Below, in pieces: positions 48,093 to 56,904 of a DNA stretch of 64,000 nt. Every line of letters begins with the position of its first letter. Positions within the stretch are counted from its first letter, which is position 1. Where the stretch lies: positions 9,451 to 73,450 of the forward strand of contig JAZRPA010000026.1 in NCBI GenBank assembly GCA_045648965.1, in the 5' to 3' direction. The translations under genes were made by a program, and so were the position numbers. The notes under the pieces were generated by a model. That model saw only the letters and a program-made list of their open reading frames with translations, was not told the DNA's origin and ran no database searches. This DNA comes from Alistipes sp. (GTDB lineage: Bacteria > Bacteroidota > Bacteroidia > Bacteroidales > Rikenellaceae).

Positions 48093-48653
48093 ATGCAGAT
48101 AAAACTTATAATTCTCGATTTTGACGGCACGCTTGCAGCGACGATAGACGCCCATACGAAGGCCTACATTTTAGCACTCGAAGAGTCTGGTTATACGCTC
48201 GACGAAGCGGAGTACAGAACCAAGTATTTCGGTGTTCGTTGCTCCGAATTTTTGCAGGCTTTGGGCTTTAAGGACGAAGCAGATATCGACCGCATACGTC
48301 GTCGCAAGATAGAACTCTACCCCACCCTCTTCGAGTCGGTGCGCTTGAACAAGCCGCTATGGAACTTTGCGCAGGATTTTCGCGCCCAAGGCGGTAAAGT
48401 TTGGATAGTTTCGACGGGGCAAATTGACAACATTGCAAATGCAATGCGCTATCTCGACATCGAGGGTAAGGTCGATGGCATACTCACCTCGAACGACGTT
48501 GTCGAGCCGAAACCTTCGCCCGAAGCTTTCCTAAAAGCGATGGAGATTGAGGGTGTTACACCTGCCGAAACACTCATCTTCGAGGATTCGCCGGTCGGCA
48601 TTGCCGCAGCCAAGGCGAGCGGAGCGGCCTACTTCAAGGTTGCAATCGAATAA
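48093..48653 (+). CDS. HAD-family phosphatase (beta-PGM-like)
   Basis: LDFDGTL, KPSPE, IFEDS..GI.AA. Confidence 0.9.
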   Translation: MQIKLIILDFDGTLAATIDAHTKAYILALEESGYTLDEAEYRTKYFGVRCSEFLQALGFKDEADIDRIRRRKIELYPTLFESVRLNKPLWNFAQDFRAQGGKVWIVSTGQIDNIANAMRYLDIEGKVDGILTSNDVVEPKPSPEAFLKAMEIEGVTPAETLIFEDSPVGIAAAKASGAAYFKVAIE

Positions 48654-48686
48654 AGCAAGGAGTCTTATTAGACAGCGCTACGATTT

Positions 48687-48807
48687 AAAAGTTGTGTAAC
48701 AAGAGGGATTTTAAGGCCTGCGAAGACCGAAAAAGCGAAGTTTACTCAACGTAAATGAGCATTTGAGGGCGAGCGTAACGCAAAAATCACCTTGTTAGAC
48801 GGCTTTT
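48687..48807. mobile_element. ERIC-like MITE, family E1 copy 2 (121 bp)
   Basis: AAAAGTTGTGTAACAAG ... CTTGTTAGACGGCTTTT; core AAGTTTAC-TCAAC-GTAAATGAGC. Confidence 0.7.
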
Positions 48808-48810
48808 ATT

Positions 48811-50346
48811 TTAGAATGCTGCATATACCGGCAAACCTCCACCACCTTCCGCAAGCATCAGATGGCACTGCACGGTAAGCCAAACCGCTACCACAAGAAT
48901 CACCACCTGACCAACTATACCCGCGCGAGTCATTGCCTTGACTGACAGATCGTTAAAGCTCGTCGGCAAGAAGTGCATCACATACCCGATAAGCACAAGC
49001 ACAAGCGCAAAGCCCGCCTTATGAGCAAGAGTAACAGCATCGGCAAGGTCAAAATCGGTGAAGATGCGGCGGAAAATAGTGCACATACCCTCCCAGCTAT
49101 CGCAACAGACCATAGTCCAGGTCAAGGTCACAAAGACAAAACACAAGAGCGTGCCGAAAATTCGTCGAACAGGCTTCATATCAGCACCCACCGCCTTTGC
49201 ACCAGGCACCTTCTCGACCCACAGTTTGTGAACTGCCAAGCCTATACCATGGAGTAATCCCCACAACAAATATGGAAGGCTCACCTTATGCCACAAGCCG
49301 CAGACAACCATCGTTACCAAGAGGTTAAAGTATTGACGAACACGCCCCTTGCGATTACCGCCCAACGAGATATAGACGTAGTCGCGCAACCAGGTCGATA
49401 GCGAGATATGCCAACGACGCCAGAACTCGGTAATGGTAGCCGACTTGTATGGAGCATTGAAGTTATCGGGCAGCTTATAGCCCATAATAAGCGCAATAGC
49501 TACTGCCATATCCGAAAATCCCGAGAAGTCGCAGTAGAGGCGCACACCAAAGCCCACTAGGCTTATAAACATAACCACACCGCTCTCGGCAAGCTCCTCG
49601 CCAAAACCACCCGACATGGCAGGGCCAATGAGTAGCGAGTCGATAGCCTTTGCGATTACGGCATACTTAACCATACCTCTGGCCATCAGCACAACGGCAC
49701 GACCTATATCCTCACGCGAAACAGGAAGGGCCTCCTGCTCTATCTGCGGAATAAACTCCTTGTTACGCACCAATGGGCCAAGGAAAATCTTCGGAAAGAA
49801 GCTCAGCAAGAAGAGGTAGTCTATAAATCGCTTCACGGGAGCTATCGTACCACGCGAAATATCGAGAATGTACGATATGGACTGGAAGATAAAGAACGAC
49901 ACTCCCGCAGGTATGATGATATTGCCAAGGCTGATGAAATTATCGCCGAAGATATCGTTCATCGTCTGCTCGAACACACCCGCTGCCTTGAAATATACAA
50001 GAATACCCACATCGATGAGCAAGCTCAGCGCCACCCACGCCTTAGCGCTCTTACCCAAGCTCTTACGATGAGCCACACGACCACCAATAAAGTAGTCGAT
50101 TATGGCTACACCAAGCAACAAGAGTAGGTAGAAGCCCGAAATTTTATAGTAGAAGTAGAGCGACGCCAGAATCACGAATATAGTGCGCGGCGTAGCCTTA
50201 CGACGCACGGCCATATACCCCAAGCCAAACACAAAGAAGGCAAAGAGGAAAAAGCCGCTGGTAAGCGTCATCGGTGCATGAGCATCGTATTGCAAGAGCG
50301 CTAGAAGTCGCTCCCAAACATACTCGTCGAACTTAAAAAACTCCAT
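48811..50346 (-). CDS. MBOAT O-acyltransferase (AlgI/PatA-like)
   Basis: PAGVSFFIFQSISY, FPKIFLGP, YCDFSGFSDMA, EFWRRWHISLSTWLRDYVYISLGG, GLWH. Confidence 0.93.
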   Translation of the reverse strand: MEFFKFDEYVWERLLALLQYDAHAPMTLTSGFFLFAFFVFGLGYMAVRRKATPRTIFVILASLYFYYKISGFYLLLLLGVAIIDYFIGGRVAHRKSLGKSAKAWVALSLLIDVGILVYFKAAGVFEQTMNDIFGDNFISLGNIIIPAGVSFFIFQSISYILDISRGTIAPVKRFIDYLFLLSFFPKIFLGPLVRNKEFIPQIEQEALPVSREDIGRAVVLMARGMVKYAVIAKAIDSLLIGPAMSGGFGEELAESGVVMFISLVGFGVRLYCDFSGFSDMAVAIALIMGYKLPDNFNAPYKSATITEFWRRWHISLSTWLRDYVYISLGGNRKGRVRQYFNLLVTMVVCGLWHKVSLPYLLWGLLHGIGLAVHKLWVEKVPGAKAVGADMKPVRRIFGTLLCFVFVTLTWTMVCCDSWEGMCTIFRRIFTDFDLADAVTLAHKAGFALVLVLIGYVMHFLPTSFNDLSVKAMTRAGIVGQVVILVVAVWLTVQCHLMLAEGGGGLPVYAAF

Positions 50347-52169
50347 TACTCAGTTTGTGTTTCAGGGTTAGACCTCTCTATTTTTGGCGCCACCACGCTC
50401 GAAGTGTCGGCTATCGGAGCTATAATGGTCGGTTCCTCTACCTTTCTCTCCTCTACACTCGCCGAGTCAGTCTTGAGAGTATCCGCTTTCGCAGTCTCGA
50501 CGCTCTCCGTTTCAACCATTGGCTCTTCAACTCTAGGAGTTTCAACTATTGGAGCTTCTACAACCGACGATTCCGAAGCGACCTCATCATCGTTGCCAAG
50601 TATCAAAATGCGAGGCGTAGTAATATCCTCCACAGAGAGACTATCCTCGAGCATTCTCCACGGCTCAAGCTCTATCGGGAGAACCATATCACTATTGATA
50701 CCCTCTCGTTTTTGGAGCATCTCATAGGCTCGCAGCTGTATCGCCTGAACGAATGACTCGGCAATACGCGCTCCGCCCTTGAAACTGAGATGCGTATGGT
50801 CGTGGGCAGCCCAGCCATTTCTAACAAAGGCGCCGATACCACCATAAGAGAGCACAACCTTGCCCAAATCCCAGAAGCAAGCGCCCGTAACCTTTGCTGC
50901 ATCGCGCTGAACAGGGCCCAAATATGTCACTGAGTTGATCGAACGCCAACCGCCTTCGCCACCGACTGCTCTATCGCTAACGCCAAGCACCACAATTGCC
51001 GCATTAGGGAAACATCGCTGGCAGTACTTAACCATATCGATAATCCTCTGCTTGTATCGCGAGAAGTTACGCTGTCCCGGCTGCATAGCATTAAGGCCAT
51101 ACTCCAAGACTATCATATCGTAGCCCAGCTGTTTGTCGAGCTGCATATTGGTAGCTACACTTGCTCCAAAGATAGCCTGGCCGCTATTTCCTCGCATCGA
51201 GAGGTTGTCAACCATAGCTCCTCTTCCGCCCTCAATCGATGCACCGTGGCACAACACTTCACCACTCAGCACTCGCAATCGTATGGACGACACTGGAGCC
51301 TCGACATACAATTCACGGAGATAGTCTGCAGCTGCGACCGCCACTTCGTGCTTGAGCGTATCGTTCAAAGTGAGCTCAACCTTACTATCCGTACGGCACG
51401 TAACAAATATGCGAGCTCGTGAGCAAGAGTCGAGATGAGGTCTTACGTTAGTCGTCTTCCAACGAACAGTCGCACCACGACGACCAGCCGAGAGGTATCC
51501 TGCCATCGAAAAGCGGCTCTTATAGGCAGCAGGTATCTCGCCCGCGTTCAGCAAACTATATGTTGACCAACCCGAAGCCTGGCGCTTCACGCTTGTACGG
51601 AATATATCAAATGGCAATGCGCACGGAACAAAGCCAACGCCACGACCACCAAACTTCTGCTGCAGTTGCTCACGCATATCAACCGTAATAATATCGCCCT
51701 CGACAAACGAATCGCCAAGGAACGCCACACGAACATCATCGCCCTTGATAAGTTTCTCGACAAACTTATCAAGGCGCGACACGCCCGTTGTATCGAAGTC
51801 CTCGATAGGCATTTGGTGCTTATTGGTCTCTATTTTAAGATGTTCGCTGAGCAACTCCAGAGGCTGAGGCAGGCTATCTCGCTTGACAATCCATTCATAG
51901 CGTACGGGAGCAACCTTCTTCAACGAATCGGCCGTCTCTGCCTTCGCAGCTTTAAGCTCCTGCTCGAGAAGTTCAAAGTTGGCATCGTAGATTGTGGCAT
52001 CGGACTCCGCCTCGGCATCGCCCTTCTCGCGCAAGTCCGACAGCAAGTCCACCTTCTCGGTAGTCAAACCAAGAAGATTGAACGATGGCACAAAGCTCAG
52101 TCCCGCCATTGCAAGAATAACGGCAAGCACTAAGATCCAGCCACGATATGCATAATCACGTTCCTTCAT
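50346..52169 (-). CDS. SGNH/GDSL-type esterase or O-acetyltransferase (PatB-like) with acidic C-terminal tail
   Basis: FLGDSFVEGD, DNLSMRG, YGLN, DHTH; stop overlaps the MBOAT start. Confidence 0.78.
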   Translation of the reverse strand: MKERDYAYRGWILVLAVILAMAGLSFVPSFNLLGLTTEKVDLLSDLREKGDAEAESDATIYDANFELLEQELKAAKAETADSLKKVAPVRYEWIVKRDSLPQPLELLSEHLKIETNKHQMPIEDFDTTGVSRLDKFVEKLIKGDDVRVAFLGDSFVEGDIITVDMREQLQQKFGGRGVGFVPCALPFDIFRTSVKRQASGWSTYSLLNAGEIPAAYKSRFSMAGYLSAGRRGATVRWKTTNVRPHLDSCSRARIFVTCRTDSKVELTLNDTLKHEVAVAAADYLRELYVEAPVSSIRLRVLSGEVLCHGASIEGGRGAMVDNLSMRGNSGQAIFGASVATNMQLDKQLGYDMIVLEYGLNAMQPGQRNFSRYKQRIIDMVKYCQRCFPNAAIVVLGVSDRAVGGEGGWRSINSVTYLGPVQRDAAKVTGACFWDLGKVVLSYGGIGAFVRNGWAAHDHTHLSFKGGARIAESFVQAIQLRAYEMLQKREGINSDMVLPIELEPWRMLEDSLSVEDITTPRILILGNDDEVASESSVVEAPIVETPRVEEPMVETESVETAKADTLKTDSASVEERKVEEPTIIAPIADTSSVVAPKIERSNPETQTE

Positions 52170-52301
52170 TTTATCTAAATACCCCTACGCCTATCAAAAA
52201 AAGTCCAAAATATACCACATTCGGACATTTTATTACGTAACAAGGCGCAAAGGTATAAAAAAAACCGCCCGAAACCGAGCGATTTATCAACTATTTACCA
52301 A

Positions 52302-53504
52302 CTATTTTAGTTTGTGAGCTTTTGCCAATCCGCCTTGCGAAGTTTCGCGGTATAAACTTGGCAAATTATGCCCCGTCTCGTGCATCACCTCCACGACCTT
52401 GTCGAAGGATACGAGGTGTGAGCCGTCCGACAAAATAGCGTATGTGTTGGCGTCGAACGCACGAGCCGCAGCCACCGCATTTCGCTCGATACAAGGCACC
52501 TGAACAAGTCCGCAAACAGGGTCGCAAGTGAGACCCAAGTGGTGTTCCAAGCCCATCTCGGCAGCATACTCAATCTGCGCTGGCGTACCGCCAAAGAGCT
52601 GACAAGCTGCAGCTGCCGCCATAGCGCAAGCTACACCAATCTCGCCCTGACAGCCAACCTCAGCGCCCGAAATAGACGAGTTTGTCTTAACGATATTTCC
52701 GAAAAGTCCCGCCGTAGCCAATGCACGCAACACTCTGATACGCAAGAACTCACGCGAAGTGACCATATGATAAAGCACGCCCGGCAACACACCGCACGAG
52801 CCGCAGGTTGGCGCCGTAACTACAGTACCACCCGAAGCGTTCTCCTCAGCCGCAGCCAAGGCGTAGGCGTATATGCGCGCACGCGAGCTGAGTGAGCCTG
52901 CATAGCCCTTGCTCTTGACAAAATAGGTACTCGCCTTGCGTGCTACCTTCAGACCACCCGGCAATACGCCGTCGTTGTTAAGGCCGCGCTCGACGGTTTC
53001 GCACATAACAGTCCAGATATGGTCGAGAAAATCCCAAATCTCCTTACCCTCGCACTCCTCAACGTACTCCCAATAGGTTTTACCCTCCTCGTAGCACCAC
53101 TCCTTAATCTGCTGAATGGTAGTGAGCGGATAGATACTCTTTGGAGCTGCGGCAACCGTATCTTCGTTGGCCAAAGCACCACCACCAACGCTGAAAATAG
53201 TCCAGTTATCGAATACCTCGCCACCCTTCAGCGCCTCGAACAACATTCCGTTCGGGTGGAAATCGAGCACAACATCGGCCTTCCATACGATTTCGGTCGG
53301 AGCCAACGGCTCGAGAATCGAGAGGATAGCCGAGTGTGTAAGGTGGCCCTTACCAGTAGCTGCCAACGAGCCGTAGAGGGTTACTCGGTAGGCCTCGGCA
53401 CCTGCGGTGCGCTCGGCGAACTGCTCGGCAGCTCGCTTTGGACCCATGGTGTGACTACTCGATGGGCCACTACCAACTTTATATAATTCGCGTAACGATT
53501 CCAT
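52302..53504 (-). CDS. sdaA: L-serine dehydratase (single-chain Fe-S type)
   Basis: GPSSSHTMGP, LYGSLAATGKGH, PTCGSCG, GCQGE, GLTCDPV. Confidence 0.95.
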   Translation of the reverse strand: MESLRELYKVGSGPSSSHTMGPKRAAEQFAERTAGAEAYRVTLYGSLAATGKGHLTHSAILSILEPLAPTEIVWKADVVLDFHPNGMLFEALKGGEVFDNWTIFSVGGGALANEDTVAAAPKSIYPLTTIQQIKEWCYEEGKTYWEYVEECEGKEIWDFLDHIWTVMCETVERGLNNDGVLPGGLKVARKASTYFVKSKGYAGSLSSRARIYAYALAAAEENASGGTVVTAPTCGSCGVLPGVLYHMVTSREFLRIRVLRALATAGLFGNIVKTNSSISGAEVGCQGEIGVACAMAAAAACQLFGGTPAQIEYAAEMGLEHHLGLTCDPVCGLVQVPCIERNAVAAARAFDANTYAILSDGSHLVSFDKVVEVMHETGHNLPSLYRETSQGGLAKAHKLK

Positions 53505-53647
53505 ACGTAGTTAATTTTATTGCGCAAAGATAAATAAATTACCCTATCCACACAAACCAAACGCCACAATAAAGAGCCCAAGAGTGATATTTTAAGGGTA
53601 AAAACAAAAAAAAGTGCAAAAGTTTTTGGTGTAAAGAAAATTTCCAC

Positions 53648-53662
53648 TATCTTTGCACTCGC
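53648..53662 (+). promoter_or_regulatory. tRNA-Met promoter
   Basis: TATCTTTG followed by CACTCGC, 21 nt before the tRNA. Confidence 0.75.
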
Positions 53663-53676
53663 TTTCGAGCAATAAT

Positions 53677-53750
53677 GGCGGGATAGCTCAGCTGGTTAGA
53701 GCGCATGATTCATAATCATGAGGTCGAGAGTTCAAGTCTCTCTCCCGCTA
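53677..53750 (+). tRNA. tRNA-Met (CAT), probably elongator
   Basis: Cloverleaf GGCGGGA...TCCCGCT-A; anticodon loop TT-CAT-AA; T-loop GTTCAAGTC; CCA not encoded. An Ile2 assignment cannot be excluded without a model. Confidence 0.9.
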
Positions 53751-53751
53751 C

Positions 53752-54035
53752 AAAAGGAGTGATTTTTCACTCCTTTTTTTTGTAGCGGGGAGAGACCTTG
53801 TGTTACCCACCCCCTAAATCCCCCTCCTGTGAGGGGGACTTATTTTTTTTATAAACTGCTATAAAAAAGATTTAGGAGCGATTTTATCACTCCTATTTTT
53901 TTTGTAGCGGAGAGAGACGAGTGTGTTACCCTCCCCCTAAATCCCCTTGACTTCGTCTTCTTCCTTGCGGCCCGGCAAAGTGTGTAAACCCACTCTGCTC
54001 TCACTCCGCTGCGTCAGTCCCTGTGAGGGGGACTT
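53752..54035 (+). repeat. Tandem duplicated unit: terminator hairpin + antisense tRNA-Met 3' end + REP-like element
   Basis: Unit 1 at 53752-53841; unit 2 at 53873-54035, with a ~71-bp insert in the REP. Confidence 0.8.
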
Positions 54036-54103
54036 TTTGCTTTTAGCCATTGTTTTTTTTGTTTTATAGGGACAATGGAGAGTTTAACGGAAAACGGAAA
54101 ACT

Positions 54104-54137
54104 GAGATTGCCACGTCACTTCGTTCCTCGCAATGAC
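54104..54137 (+). repeat. REP-like palindrome GAGATTGCCACGTCACTTCGTTCCTCGCAATGAC
   Basis: Resembles, from memory, a widespread GAGATTGC...CCTCGCAATGAC REP family; single copy in the window. Confidence 0.65.
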
Positions 54138-54403
54138 GACAAGAGGAGTATTTCACCTTTATGCCCTTAACGCCATTATTACACAACAGATATTTTTCCC
54201 ACGACAGATTCGAACGGGCGCAGCAGGTTTGAGCAGAGCAAGCGGAGAGATATTGGAGCGGAGGCGAACAACGAAGTTGCAGGGGTTGAGATGATAGTTG
54301 AAAAGAAAATTTATTTACTTTTTTAACTATCAGCGCAAGACCGACGATTGCATAGCAATACGCCTAGGCTACAATAGCGCCCGCGCAGATAACTCTGCCA
54401 CAC

Positions 54404-54469
54404 CGCCACCGACTGAACGAATCCTGGTATTACGACAAAAAAAGAGAGACAATTTCTTGTCTCTCTCTG
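54404..54469 (-). repeat. Terminator hairpin plus inverted copy of the tRNA-Pro 3' end and shared motif
   Basis: + strand 54418-54436 CGAATCCTGGTATTACGAC matches the tRNA-Pro 3' end at 17/19; AGAGAGAC/GTCTCTCT hairpin in between. Confidence 0.8.
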
Positions 54470-54544
54470 TCGGGATACCAGGATTCGAACCTGGGACCCT
54501 CTGGTCCCAAACCAGATGCGCTAACCGGACTGCGCTACATCCCG
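54470..54544 (-). tRNA. tRNA-Pro (TGG)
   Basis: CGGGATG...TATCCCG-A; anticodon arm TCTGG-TTTGGGA-CCAGA; CCAGG-TTCGAAT-CCTGG; promoter TACCTTTG at 54562-54569. Confidence 0.95.
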
Positions 54545-54743
54545 TTGTTGTATTGCGAGTGCAAAGGTAAAGCAAATTTTTTAATCTGCAAACTTTTTTC
54601 AAAAATTTTATCATTTTTTTCGCATCACCCCTATTTTATGCTCCATTTTCGACTTTGAGAACGAAAAATATCTGCCTTTTGCGATACAATGATAGAAAAA
54701 TTTGTTATATTTGTATAACCAAACAAAACTAACCGAATTAACT

Positions 54744-54953
54744 ATGGAAGGAAAAGTAAAGTGGTTCGACTCTAAAAAGGGCTACGGATTTATTATCGCC
54801 GAGGACGGCAAAGAGATTTTTGTACACTACACCGGTATCGTCAAGGAGGGCTTCAAGGCCTTGAACGAGGGTCAGCTCGTAACCTACGAGATTGGCAGCG
54901 GCGACAAGGGCGAGCAGGCTGTAAATGTACAGATTGTTCCGAAGGGCGAATAA
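54744..54953 (+). CDS. Cold-shock domain protein
   Basis: GKVKWFDSKKGYGFI, IFVHYTGI; TATATTTG promoter box upstream. Start moved to MEGKVKWF. Confidence 0.95.
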   Translation: MEGKVKWFDSKKGYGFIIAEDGKEIFVHYTGIVKEGFKALNEGQLVTYEIGSGDKGEQAVNVQIVPKGE

Positions 54954-54974
54954 TCTCCAATTTCGAACAAAAAG

Positions 54975-55006
54975 TGATGGGTATCGAAAGCGATACCCAT
55001 CTTCTT
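54975..55006. terminator. Bidirectional terminator between csp and the nucleoside permease
   Basis: GATGGGTATCG-AAAG-CGATACCCATC. Confidence 0.8.
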
Positions 55007-55030
55007 TTATATTATATATATGTATGAAGT

Positions 55031-56485
55031 TTAGTGCTTAACCTCTATCTCCGACTGAGGATTGTGCTTGTACTTGAAGATAAGCGCAAAGAGGATTGTC
55101 ACAACCAACGCATATCCTGCGAAGATCAACCAAGTGTGCGACCAACCTGTCAACATCTCCTGAACTTGTGGTTGCAAAGCCTCTTTCACCTTACCACATG
55201 TTTCAGCTGCAGGTTGAGCCAGATTTACGATATCCGACACGGTATTAGTAACCGTATCAGGAAGCTTCAAGCCCTTCACTTTGTCCAAAACCTCTGTTAT
55301 CGAACCATTATAGAAAGCCTCATCTAATAGAGGTTTGATATTTCCATTAGGTACAAAGCGATTTACCACGGCCTGAGCACCGAGAGTACCGATAGTTGCA
55401 CCAATACCATTGGTCATAATCATAAACAAGCCCTGTGCCGAAGAGCGAATATCGCTCGAGGTCTCCTGGTTTACATAGAGCGAGCCCGAAACGTTGAAGA
55501 AGTCGAATGCTACACCATAGACAATCATCGAGAGGATAAACATCCACACACCTGCACCTGGATTACCCAAGCCGAACAAGCCGAAGCGCAATACCCACGC
55601 AAACATAGCCATCAACATCACATTCTTGATACCGAAGCGCTTCAAGCAGAATGGAATCAAGAGGATACACAAAGTCTCAGATACCTGCGAGAGCGAGATA
55701 AGGATATTTGTATATTCTACGCCGAAGGTACCCTTATACTCAGTAGCAAGGCCGAAATCGCCGATAAATGGATTCGCAAAGCCATTGGTAATCTGCAACG
55801 ACACGCCCAAGAGCATCGAGAAGATAAAGAAGATAGCCATCTTCTTCTGCTTGAAGAGAGCAAATGCCTTCAAACCGAGAGCCTCGCCGAGCGACTTCTT
55901 CTCGCCACCCTTAACGATAGGACACTGCGGAAGTGTGAACGAATAGATACCGAGCATCAAGCCGAGAGCTGCCGACTGGGCAAACTGCAAGTACGACGAC
56001 TCAATATGTGCAAGGCTGCAACCAATCATTGCGCAGATGAAACCTACGGTACCCAACACGCGAATTGGAGGAAAGACCTTCACCGTATCCAAACCAGCGC
56101 GCTCCAAAAGGCTATATGCCACCGAGTTCGACAAAGCGATTGTCGGCATATAGAACGCCACGCTCAAAGTGTAGATCGAGAACAAAGGCATAAATGCCAC
56201 CTCGCCGAGCATACCCGAACCGTAGAATGCGGTCAAGCCTGCGAACACGGCTGCCAAGGTGTGGCAGATACCGAGCATACGCTGCGCCTGGATCCAGCGG
56301 TCGGCAATAATACCAATCACGGCAGGCATAAAGAGTGACACGATACCCTGCACGGCATAGAAGATACCTATCTTCTCGCCCATGCCGATACTACCGAGGT
56401 AACGACCCATTGATGTCAAGTAAGAACCCCAAACAGCATACTGCAGGAAGTTCATCACTATAAGACGAAATCTAATGTTTTTCAT
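55031..56485 (-). CDS. MFS nucleoside:H+ symporter (NupG/XapB-like)
   Basis: MNFLQYAVWGSY, IADRWIQAQR, FPPIRVLGTVGFI, SQVSE, FDFFNVSG. Confidence 0.9.
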   Translation of the reverse strand: MKNIRFRLIVMNFLQYAVWGSYLTSMGRYLGSIGMGEKIGIFYAVQGIVSLFMPAVIGIIADRWIQAQRMLGICHTLAAVFAGLTAFYGSGMLGEVAFMPLFSIYTLSVAFYMPTIALSNSVAYSLLERAGLDTVKVFPPIRVLGTVGFICAMIGCSLAHIESSYLQFAQSAALGLMLGIYSFTLPQCPIVKGGEKKSLGEALGLKAFALFKQKKMAIFFIFSMLLGVSLQITNGFANPFIGDFGLATEYKGTFGVEYTNILISLSQVSETLCILLIPFCLKRFGIKNVMLMAMFAWVLRFGLFGLGNPGAGVWMFILSMIVYGVAFDFFNVSGSLYVNQETSSDIRSSAQGLFMIMTNGIGATIGTLGAQAVVNRFVPNGNIKPLLDEAFYNGSITEVLDKVKGLKLPDTVTNTVSDIVNLAQPAAETCGKVKEALQPQVQEMLTGWSHTWLIFAGYALVVTILFALIFKYKHNPQSEIEVKH

Positions 56486-56627
56486 AGTGTTTTAAGTTAT
56501 ATTTTACCTATCAAATTGCCTTTTCCAGTGCTATAACTGCAATTTTCACAACAAAATTATAAAAATTTTTGAAAAATCTTTGCGAAAATAAAAAATAAAT
56601 AATACTTTTGCACTCGCAATCAAGCAT

Positions 56628-56698
56628 TGGGCTATGGTGTAATGGTAACACTACAGATTCTGGTCCTGTCATTCTAGGTTCGAATCCTGGTAGCCCAA
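56628..56698 (+). tRNA. tRNA-Gln (CTG)
   Basis: TGGGCTA...TAGCCCA-A; anticodon loop TT-CTG-GT; GGTTCGAATCC; promoter TACTTTTG at 56603-56610. Confidence 0.93.
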
Positions 56699-56717
56699 CT
56701 CAAGCGAAATGCAACGA

Positions 56718-56742
56718 CCTCTGCAATGCAGAGGTTTTTTTT
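56718..56742 (+). terminator. Terminator after tRNA-Gln
   Basis: ACCTCTGCA-A-TGCAGAGGT followed by a T run. Confidence 0.75.
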
Positions 56743-56904
56743 ATTTAGAAACAGCCTACACAACAGATATATTTGAAGTGGGCTGTTTTTAAATAAAGGT
56801 GGCTATGCAATAGACATCGTTGCATTTCGCTTGCAAATGTCAGCGGCGCCCTAGGAAAGGCGTTAAGCGGAGCAGACCAACGGTCTGCGTAGTAGCCAAT
56901 CCTG

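Noticed and set aside
54298-54614. ORFs 54298-54570 (+), 54369-54614 (-) and 56820-57032 (+)
   Set aside because: They overlap tRNA-Pro or repeat/hairpin DNA and lack coding signature.
56653-56669. A-C mismatch at the base of the tRNA-Gln anticodon stem suggesting a pseudo-tRNA
   Set aside because: All other arms pair well and a consensus promoter and terminator flank the gene; one mismatch next to the loop is tolerated.
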